This document shows, piece after piece, positions 37,759 through 45,617 of a stretch of 45,617 nt of DNA. The translations under genes and the position numbers were made by a program. This stretch comes from Thermoplasmata archaeon (GTDB lineage: Archaea; Thermoplasmatota; Thermoplasmata; Halarchaeoplasmatales; Halarchaeoplasmataceae), in contig JAFDTZ010000001.1 of assembly GCA_019594305.1 (NCBI GenBank), positions 1 through 45,617 on the forward strand, written 5' to 3'. The notes below the pieces were generated by a model. That model saw only the letters and a list, made by a program, of their open reading frames with translations. It made no database searches and was not told where the DNA came from. Every line of letters starts with the position of its first letter. Position 1 is the first letter of the stretch.

Positions 37759-38065
37759 ACCATAAATTTTTCTTTCAATAACGCAGTTGATCTTTGAAGT
37801 ATCACGTATGTTTCCAGACAGTTTTATCCCCCCTATCCGTTCTAAAGTTGAGTGACCATAGAACCGGTCATAGCTCAGAACTCGGCCAAACTAAATCCCT
37901 TCTTGTCATAAAGTCATCTAGCACTATGTACTATTTAATACTTGCGTGTACAAATACGTACAATTCATGAAGGCAAAACCATACGAAAACCACACTCCAT
38001 CTAGGCCGATTTTACCAAAAGTATATATAGACCCCCCTTACGCCCTTTACATATAGGTGTTTGAT

Positions 38066-38239
38066 ATGAAAGAACCCATATGTTCCATTGAGATAACCAA
38101 AGACTCGGGCCTCCTCAAGGCAAAGGTCCAAAGCAACAAGGGAAGGTACGTAGAGATAGAGAACCATGATCTAGATTATCTTCTGGAAATGGTATACCAG
38201 GATATATCGATGGAGATAGACGAAGATGAATACTGGTAG
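38066..38239 (+). CDS. Small acidic hypothetical protein
   Basis: 57-aa ORF with AGGTG RBS and an upstream TATA-like sequence (AAAAGTATATATA). Confidence 0.65.
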   Translation: MKEPICSIEITKDSGLLKAKVQSNKGRYVEIENHDLDYLLEMVYQDISMEIDEDEYW

Positions 38240-38252
38240 ATCTTTCTAATCT

Positions 38253-39266
38253 TCAAAGAGATGTTAAGGTTGAGCTTCGAGGGTCGAAGTGCAGGGTTTC
38301 CGGTACCTCCAGTCCTTCTTCCACCAGCCGGAGGACTCTCTCCTTCTCACCTGGCAGCTCGTAACCGTTGAAGGAAGTGTCGAACAAAAGAGTTCCATCC
38401 ATGTTTCTCCAACCGTTCAAAAAGTGGTCAAAACATAGTACTGAAGATACTTCCAATCCATCCACCATCATACCTATCTCCTTTAAACGCTGATGAGGCG
38501 AAGTCATAACGAACTCTCCGTTGATCCGAAGTTTGTGTAGTTCGGTAATGGGATGGACGGTAAGAGGACGCATCCTTATGTAGTCGGGGTCTATACGGTT
38601 CAGAACTTTTGCGGTGTTCACGGCGTGTTCTTTCCATCTCTCTTTACCGCCCAGACCAGGTATCACGTACTCGGACAGTTCAAAACCCGCCTCCTTTGCT
38701 TTTCTTCCCGCCTCTACATGCTGTTCTGGAGTCACACCCTTGTTCATGAGTTCAAGGACCTCGTCATCCCCACTCTCCAGCCCCACGTGAAGTCTGGTCA
38801 AACCGGCATCCTTGATACTTTTCAACTCTTGGATGTCTTTTCTGACTATCGTATCCGCTCTTGCATAGGAAGTGATCCTCTCGAGGGAAGAAAAACAATC
38901 CACAACATATCGAACTATCTCCACCAATCGGTCTGTCGGCACCATGAGAGAATTCGAATCTTGTAGAAAGGCCGTTCTGCCGCCACTCCGGTACCAGTTT
39001 CGGACCATGTACAGCGTTTGGTAGTTAATCTTGTCCGTGTCCCCTCCGTTCACCAGCATGTCCCTTACGATCTTTACGGTGTTTATATCACTCTCGACTT
39101 CACTTACATCCCTTATACTAAATTTTTTATCACGGTAAAAAGGACAGAAAGCACATCTGTTCCAAGGGCAGTTACGGGTGACCCTGATAAGTAACGAACC
39201 GGCACTTCCTTCGTTAGGTGGTCTTATCGGCCCTAGTTCCAAAGAGTACTTTTCCGGGTCTTTCAT
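38253..39266 (-). CDS. Radical SAM protein of unknown function
   Basis: GPIRPPNE..SLLIRVTRNCPWNRCAFC, HVGLESG, NKG motifs. Confidence 0.9.
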   Translation of the reverse strand: MKDPEKYSLELGPIRPPNEGSAGSLLIRVTRNCPWNRCAFCPFYRDKKFSIRDVSEVESDINTVKIVRDMLVNGGDTDKINYQTLYMVRNWYRSGGRTAFLQDSNSLMVPTDRLVEIVRYVVDCFSSLERITSYARADTIVRKDIQELKSIKDAGLTRLHVGLESGDDEVLELMNKGVTPEQHVEAGRKAKEAGFELSEYVIPGLGGKERWKEHAVNTAKVLNRIDPDYIRMRPLTVHPITELHKLRINGEFVMTSPHQRLKEIGMMVDGLEVSSVLCFDHFLNGWRNMDGTLLFDTSFNGYELPGEKERVLRLVEEGLEVPETLHFDPRSSTLTSL

Positions 39267-39326
39267 GATAACGGAAAATCCAACGAAGGCTATATTATTT
39301 ACGGAAGGAAGTCGGAGATCAGGCCT

Positions 39327-42209
39327 TCAGTCGAACCTAAGGGCCTCGGCAGGTGATACTCTGCTAGCCTTCCGAGCACTAGGTATGGCGGTCAGGAGCA
39401 TGGCCAAGTAAGCTATGATACCTATGGTTATGATGGAAGTCCAGGGGATATAGAAATTCCAACCCATGGGCTCGAAGCCGTCGTACCATAATAACCATCC
39501 TACGCCTATACCCAGCAGAGAGCCGAGTACTATGCCCGTGATGGTTACGAAGGAATTTTCGATCAGGAAAACATACCTTATCATACGTCTTTTGAATCCG
39601 ATGGCCCTCATCATTCCTATCTCCAGCCGTCTTTCGTGTACCGCTCTTAAGCTGATTATACCGAGACCCGCTATACCTACCACCAGTCCTAGACCCATGT
39701 ATCCGCTGAATAGGTTGAAGAACATGAACTGTGCACTCATCACTTCTCTGAAGACGGTATCGATCACGATAGGCTGGAAGCCGTACATTATGAATTCCCT
39801 CTCCATATCACGACCGAGTTGGTCCGGATCCACCTGGTCGCCAACGCTCATGAAAAAGAGATTGTTGGCTGTGATGTTGAAATCGGTTTCCGCAGCTTCC
39901 TTGGAGATGAAGTAACCATTGACTATGAACTGGTCCATGAACCCTATGACCCTTTTTTCTATGGTTATCCCGTCGCCGTCTACGAATGTGACGGTCGAAT
40001 TGAGCTGTACCGCATCCGGCATGGGCGGGCCGAAATCGTCACCGGGATCATTGGTTACCATCAGCGTGGGATCGGACATGACGGCCTCCCATACCTCTTC
40101 AACGGAATCGTAATCGTCAAGATATTCGGTAAAACCAAAGGTGTTATTGTTTACAAAATTACGGTCCACCGCTATGATGGAATCCATACCTCTGGTACCG
40201 TCCTCGCTTATGGTGGTCACCATACCGATGGAGGCGGAATCGATCTTTCGGAAATCGTTTATGTTAAGGTCACTTTGCATTATATCCTGTTGTATATCAT
40301 CTATCGGCCGGTCCCATGCGGTGAGAGCAAGTATCTGATAACCTCCGGACTGCTCCTCGATCATCCTGTCTATGTTGGTGTCGAATATACCGACGATCAT
40401 GCTCATCACGATTATAGCGAAGATGATAAGTGCGAAGATGAACATGGTCATACCTGTTCTGAATTTTTCCTTCAACGGATGGGATATAGCGGACAGTACA
40501 ACGGCCTTGGAACCCTTTCCGGAGCCCGAGGCTTTCTCCAATACACCCGTGATAACCGTTCCGTTGAGCATGATTATCAGTATACCGGCGGTCACTAGGA
40601 AAAGGCCTGATAGTATGAACATCTCCAAACCTGCGGAATAATCCTCGAAAACCGGTATTACTTCCGGAGGGAGGAACCACCATACCAGCAGAAATATGCC
40701 TACACCCGTATAAGCTATCCTGTCACTAACCCATCTTCTCGAGATGGTGCCGATACCAATTATCACCAGGGATACGCCGGTAACCGGTAGCCAGAGTTGG
40801 TTAGAGCCCATACCCGCCAGGGTCATAACCAACCCCAGAAACAAACCGGCTACGGAAAGATAAACTAGTTTTTTACTCTTCCTGGATACGGGCGGTTCCG
40901 GTATCTCTCTTATGGCCCTTACTATGTTCAACTTCGAGATGCGGTTGACCGAAAACAGTATGGTTACCATGGTCAGCAGGAAACCAGCGCTGAATGCCAT
41001 GATCAAACTCTGAGAGGTGAAATTAAAGAAGGATAGCAAAGATATCTCGCCGCCAAAGACAGCAAATATATCTTCAAGCAGGTAGAAGATTATGTAGGCT
41101 ATACCTACCCCCACGAAGGTGCCTATAAGGGATGCGCCTCCGGCGTAAAATATGCCCTCGTAAGAAAATAATCTTCGCAGATGCTTTCTCTTCATACCTA
41201 TGGCCCTGCTCATGCCCATCTCGGATTTCCTTTCCTCACCCAGCATGACGAATATGTTTATAGTCAAAATGATAGCGGCTATTATGACGAAGGAACCGAA
41301 TACGAAGAACAAATCGGTGAACATGGACATCATGTCCTTGAATCCGGTCATAACCTCGTTCTTGTTGCCCCTCGCCTCGAGCACCCGATACTCGGGTTCT
41401 TCCTCCAATATCCCCTCTATGTCCTCAAATATCTGGTCGCTGTAACGCAGTCCCCCCTCCACACCGCTCACGGAGGTTACACGTATGTAGTTTACTTGTC
41501 CCGGGATACCGAATGCCATCCGGGAGTCGTTAAGGTTCATTATCACCTTTTCAGGACCGTTGAAGGCCGCTCTACCGTGGCTGTCGATAATGTACCTTAC
41601 CGTGTAAAACCGCCCCTGGGGATATCCTAGTGAAAATATGTACAGCTCATGACCCTCTTCAACCTCCAGATCATCCGCCAGTTTCGTGTCGATGAATATC
41701 TCACCGTCGTCAAGATATGGCTCGAAGGGTTCACCATTCGTGGTAAAATCACCGAATTTGTCGGATTCGTGAAGGTCCATGCCCATGGTGCGGGTATCAG
41801 AGCTTGACAGCAGTGAGTCGGGATTGAATACGGAAACCCTCCCGTGGACTTCACCTACCACGTCGCCCACGTTGTCCACCTCCATTATATCTGACTTCAG
41901 CTGAAGGTAGGTGCTATGGTTTACAGGTACGTAATTTCCCTGGACCGTCGTGTTGTACACCGTCACATCGGTTTCCTGCCAATCTCCGAGTATCTCACTC
42001 TCGATCCAGTTATCCATGGTATCTCCCACACAGAAAGATGACGAGATTATAGCCGTGGCCACCAAAAGCCCCAGTATCACTATGATGGTATCGGTCTTCC
42101 TTCTGAAGATATTTCTGAACCCCATCTTGAAAAGGACCCTATGCCGCATGGCGTCTATTGCGACCACGGCGACTACTATACCGATAATCAGCAGCATGGT
42201 GCCCATCAT
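39327..42209 (-). CDS. ABC transporter permease, duplicated FtsX/MacB-like (type VII)
   Basis: Two FtsX halves: ERKSEMGMSRAIG and ERRLEIGMMRAIG; ends PAEALRFD. Confidence 0.92.
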   Translation of the reverse strand: MMGTMLLIIGIVVAVVAIDAMRHRVLFKMGFRNIFRRKTDTIIVILGLLVATAIISSSFCVGDTMDNWIESEILGDWQETDVTVYNTTVQGNYVPVNHSTYLQLKSDIMEVDNVGDVVGEVHGRVSVFNPDSLLSSSDTRTMGMDLHESDKFGDFTTNGEPFEPYLDDGEIFIDTKLADDLEVEEGHELYIFSLGYPQGRFYTVRYIIDSHGRAAFNGPEKVIMNLNDSRMAFGIPGQVNYIRVTSVSGVEGGLRYSDQIFEDIEGILEEEPEYRVLEARGNKNEVMTGFKDMMSMFTDLFFVFGSFVIIAAIILTINIFVMLGEERKSEMGMSRAIGMKRKHLRRLFSYEGIFYAGGASLIGTFVGVGIAYIIFYLLEDIFAVFGGEISLLSFFNFTSQSLIMAFSAGFLLTMVTILFSVNRISKLNIVRAIREIPEPPVSRKSKKLVYLSVAGLFLGLVMTLAGMGSNQLWLPVTGVSLVIIGIGTISRRWVSDRIAYTGVGIFLLVWWFLPPEVIPVFEDYSAGLEMFILSGLFLVTAGILIIMLNGTVITGVLEKASGSGKGSKAVVLSAISHPLKEKFRTGMTMFIFALIIFAIIVMSMIVGIFDTNIDRMIEEQSGGYQILALTAWDRPIDDIQQDIMQSDLNINDFRKIDSASIGMVTTISEDGTRGMDSIIAVDRNFVNNNTFGFTEYLDDYDSVEEVWEAVMSDPTLMVTNDPGDDFGPPMPDAVQLNSTVTFVDGDGITIEKRVIGFMDQFIVNGYFISKEAAETDFNITANNLFFMSVGDQVDPDQLGRDMEREFIMYGFQPIVIDTVFREVMSAQFMFFNLFSGYMGLGLVVGIAGLGIISLRAVHERRLEIGMMRAIGFKRRMIRYVFLIENSFVTITGIVLGSLLGIGVGWLLWYDGFEPMGWNFYIPWTSIITIGIIAYLAMLLTAIPSARKASRVSPAEALRFD

Positions 42210-42215
42210 TGAACA

Positions 42216-42905
42216 TCAAACTCCTTTAGTACAGTTCCTTTTGATAAGTCCGCTTTCCATGCGGATTATCCTTTCCGCCCTCTCGGCCACCCTGTCCTCG
42301 TGGGTCACTAGAACCATTGTATGTCCGTTTTTCTTGTTGAGCTTGCACAGTATGTCCATTATCATGTCCGAGGTTTCAGTGTCAAGATCACCGGTGGGCT
42401 CGTCGGCCCAGATGATGTCGGGTTCGTTCACTATTGCCCTGGCGATGGTCACCCGCTGACGCTCGCCTCCTGAGAGTGCCGAAGGTCTGTGGTCGTACCT
42501 GTGGCTCAACCCAACCATATCCAGTGCCTTTTTTGCTTTTTCTTTTGCGTACTTTGATTTTCCCGCCAGCAGCAGAGGCATCTCCACGTTTTCGACGGCG
42601 GTGAGCACGGGTAACAGGTTGTAAAATTGGAACACGAAGCCCATGTTCAACGCCCTGAGCTCGGTTTTTTTGTTATCCGACAGAGAGTTCAAATCCTTAC
42701 CGCCTATCCACACCTTGCCGTTGGATATATCATCCAGACCGGAGAGACAATTCAACAAAGTTGTCTTCCCGCATCCCGAGGGGCCCATCATGGCCACCAT
42801 CTCACCCTTGGCAATTGATATGTCCACGCCCCTTAGAGCGTGTACCCTGACCTCGCCTTCGTAGTACTTGTGTAATCTTTCCGATCTGATCATTATCTCG
42901 GTCAT
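42216..42905 (-). CDS. ABC transporter ATP-binding protein, LolD/MacB-like
   Basis: GPSGCGKT, GFVFQFYNL, LSGGERQR, ADEPTG, VTH motifs. Confidence 0.95.
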   Translation of the reverse strand: MTEIMIRSERLHKYYEGEVRVHALRGVDISIAKGEMVAMMGPSGCGKTTLLNCLSGLDDISNGKVWIGGKDLNSLSDNKKTELRALNMGFVFQFYNLLPVLTAVENVEMPLLLAGKSKYAKEKAKKALDMVGLSHRYDHRPSALSGGERQRVTIARAIVNEPDIIWADEPTGDLDTETSDMIMDILCKLNKKNGHTMVLVTHEDRVAERAERIIRMESGLIKRNCTKGV

Positions 42906-43014
42906 CTTGAACACTTCTTTTTACTGACAAAATATGACGGTAATTAACTTTTGTGTTCGAGAGTTCGGTGACCTCGCAAACATTATAACGATTATACCGT
43001 ATTACGGTACCATC

Positions 43015-45600
43015 ATGGTAAAAGGTTTAACCACGGTGGCCGCAAAAAAACGCCTGAAAGAACATGGTCCTAACGAGCTGGAGCAGAAGGAAGAGACCAC
43101 TCCCTTAGATGTGCTCATGGACCAATTCAAAGAGAACGTCCTCATTTGGATCTTGATAGTGGCCGCTGTAGCTTCCTTCGCCGCAGGCGAGATGGCTGAG
43201 TTCTATTTTGTTGTTACGATCATAGGGATAGTGGCCTTCATGGGTTTCTTTCAGGAGTGGAAGGCAGAAGAGGCCATGAAAGAACTGGCTAAGATGGCTA
43301 CACCTTCGGTGAAGGTTTACAGGGACGGAGAGATAGCTGACATACCCGGTAAAGAGCTGGTGCCGGGAGACTTATTGAAGCTTGAGATGGGCGGTAAGGT
43401 TCCGACGGACGCAAAGGTAATCGAGTCTAACAACCTTAAGGTCGATGAATCCATCTTGACGGGAGAGAGTGAATCGGTGAGTAAAGAAAAAGGAGATGAG
43501 ATATATTCAGGCACCGTAATTTCCAGGGGAAGGTGCGAAGCTAAGGTTATCGGAACGGGTATGAAGACAAAACTCGGCGAGATAGCCGGTGAATTACAGA
43601 AAGAGAGCATCGAAACGCCCCTGCAAAGAAAGTCTAAGGACCTAGCCAAGAAGGTGGGATATCTCGCCATCATCGCGTCGGTGATGCTTTTCCTAATAGG
43701 TATCGGCGTAGGGGTGGAAAGAACGTTGATCATCACCGTAACCATCGCTGTGGCTGTAGCGGTGGTGCCGGAGGCCCTCCCGTTGACCATGACGCTGACA
43801 CTCTCACTGGGTATGAAATCCATGGCAAAAAATAAAGCCGTGGTGAAGAAGATGTTAGCCGTAGAAGGCCTGGGTTCGACCACTGTTATCTGTACCGACA
43901 AGACGGGAACCCTTACCAAGAACGAGATGACCGTGAAAAGGATCTGGGCCGGAGGTGAAGAATACGAAGTTCAGGGCTCGGGTTATTCTATGGAAGGTGA
44001 TATACTAAAGGATGGGAAATCTGCGGATATAGATGCAAATTGTGCTTTGGATATTCTGGTGAAGGGGGCGGCTCTCTGCAGTAACGCCTCGGTGAACTTT
44101 AAAGATGACGAGGTACACGGAGAACCTACGGAGGCGGCCCTGGTTACACTGGTTCAGAAAACAAAATACGATTTTAAGGAACTCCGAGACAAATATACCC
44201 GATCTCATGAGATACAGTTCAACTCGGATAGGAAGAGGATGACTACCGTGCACGACAGTTCGGATTGGGAAGCACCCCACGCCTTCATGAAAGGTGCTCC
44301 GGAGGTTGTTCTCGATAGGTGTACCCACGTACTTGAAAACGGAGAACCTATATCTTTAAACGAGGACAAGAAGAAAAACATATTGAAAAAGAATACTGAT
44401 TACGCCCGGGACGCCTTGAGGGTATTGGCCTTCGCTTACAGTACGAATTCCTCCCTGAGCTCTCAGGAAGATGAAGTGGAGAAGGAGATGACCTTTGTCG
44501 GTCTTACCGGGATCATGGACCCGCCCCGGGAAGAGGTACCGGAGGCGATCAGAAAATGTAAAGACGCCGGTATACGGGTCAAGATGGTCACCGGCGATAA
44601 TAGGGACACTGCAATGGCTATCGCCGAGATGATAGGTTTGACCGATAATAAACGCGTTGTGACCGGTGACGAGATAGACGACATGACAGAGGAAGAACTG
44701 CGGGAGATAATCAAAGACGTGGACATATACGCAAGGACACATCCTGGAAATAAATTGCAGATAGTGAGGGCTTTACAGAGTAATGGTGAGATAGTCGCCA
44801 TGACGGGAGACGGTGTCAACGACGCACCGGCGGTGAACCACGCCGATATCGGTATCGGTATGGGTATAAAGGGTACCGATGTGACCAAAGAAGCCAGCGA
44901 TATAATACTACAGGACGACAATTTTAGTACCATCGAGAAGGCCATCGAGGAGGGAAGGAGGATCTATGATAATATAGAAAAATTCGTTACGTTTCTATTG
45001 TCAAGGAATTTTACGGAAGTTATCCTTATAGCATCCGTACTGGCTTTGTTCAGGGATTTCGCTCTCCTCCCTCTTTTGGGGATGCAGATACTATTCCTGA
45101 ACATGATAGGACAGGTGGGCCCCGGTCTGGGGTTGGGTGTCGATCCCGCAAGCGATGACTTGATGAAGAGACCTCCCAGAGACCCGAGCTCGGAACTGTT
45201 GAACCGCAGAAATCTATTCATGATATCCACCATGGCTGTAGCCATGGTCTGCATGGCTTCCATATCATATCTGTACGGACTGAGGAACGGCTCGATAGAA
45301 CTTGCCAGGACCATGACCTTTACCTCCATATCAGTCATGATAATGGTCAACGCCTACAACTTCAGATCCCTGGATAAGTCCATATTACGGTTCAACCCCT
45401 TGGAAAATAAATGGATAATCCTGTCCACTTTGGTCACCGCCCCTCTGGTGCTTCTAACCTTGTATCTACCGGTTCTACGGGATATGTTCGGACACGTGCC
45501 TCTCGGTACCAACGGATGGTTGATCGCCGCTGGAACCGGGCTGGCGACCATGTTCCTTTTGGAAGTTGTGAAGAGAGTTACCGGCATTTTAAAGATATGA
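43015..45600 (+). CDS. Cation-translocating P-type ATPase, type II-like
   Basis: TGES, DKTGTLT, KGAPE, TGD, GDGVNDAPA motifs; start ATG 43015. Confidence 0.95.
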   Translation: MVKGLTTVAAKKRLKEHGPNELEQKEETTPLDVLMDQFKENVLIWILIVAAVASFAAGEMAEFYFVVTIIGIVAFMGFFQEWKAEEAMKELAKMATPSVKVYRDGEIADIPGKELVPGDLLKLEMGGKVPTDAKVIESNNLKVDESILTGESESVSKEKGDEIYSGTVISRGRCEAKVIGTGMKTKLGEIAGELQKESIETPLQRKSKDLAKKVGYLAIIASVMLFLIGIGVGVERTLIITVTIAVAVAVVPEALPLTMTLTLSLGMKSMAKNKAVVKKMLAVEGLGSTTVICTDKTGTLTKNEMTVKRIWAGGEEYEVQGSGYSMEGDILKDGKSADIDANCALDILVKGAALCSNASVNFKDDEVHGEPTEAALVTLVQKTKYDFKELRDKYTRSHEIQFNSDRKRMTTVHDSSDWEAPHAFMKGAPEVVLDRCTHVLENGEPISLNEDKKKNILKKNTDYARDALRVLAFAYSTNSSLSSQEDEVEKEMTFVGLTGIMDPPREEVPEAIRKCKDAGIRVKMVTGDNRDTAMAIAEMIGLTDNKRVVTGDEIDDMTEEELREIIKDVDIYARTHPGNKLQIVRALQSNGEIVAMTGDGVNDAPAVNHADIGIGMGIKGTDVTKEASDIILQDDNFSTIEKAIEEGRRIYDNIEKFVTFLLSRNFTEVILIASVLALFRDFALLPLLGMQILFLNMIGQVGPGLGLGVDPASDDLMKRPPRDPSSELLNRRNLFMISTMAVAMVCMASISYLYGLRNGSIELARTMTFTSISVMIMVNAYNFRSLDKSILRFNPLENKWIILSTLVTAPLVLLTLYLPVLRDMFGHVPLGTNGWLIAAGTGLATMFLLEVVKRVTGILKI

Positions 45601-45617
45601 GATCGTTGTTTTGAAAA

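Noticed and set aside
39466..45350. Many antisense ORFs of 100-260 aa over the ABC permease and P-type ATPase
   Set aside because: They fully overlap well-supported genes on the opposite strand and have no recognisable motifs.

Overview
Archaeal chromosomal segment, most consistent with an uncultured Thermoplasmatota lineage (inferred from gene content; not verifiable here). It begins with two tandem, translationally coupled secreted proteases on the minus strand: an S8 subtilase and a C25 gingipain-type protease that the ORF track misses because it runs off the window edge. The two share a duplicated C-terminal module of about 1.3 kb. Divergent from them is a wHTH-STAND ATPase-TPR protein. 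Housekeeping genes follow: rps13-rps4-rps11-rpoD-tRNA-Leu, an FAH hydrolase, acs, a cyclophilin, a nitroreductase, an extended UbiA protein, four radical SAM enzymes, NOB1, a gamma-CA with an in-frame stop, RNase P Pop5, endonuclease IV, nurA-herA-mre11-rad50, a wHTH/DAHP synthase/CM-PDH operon, a LolD/FtsX-type ABC transporter and a P-type ATPase. There are four tRNAs, two with BHB introns. The strongest unexplained signal is a family of short hairpin-rich elements attached to the 3' ends of three different tRNAs, showing covariation between copies and, in one case, an att-like duplication of the tRNA end.
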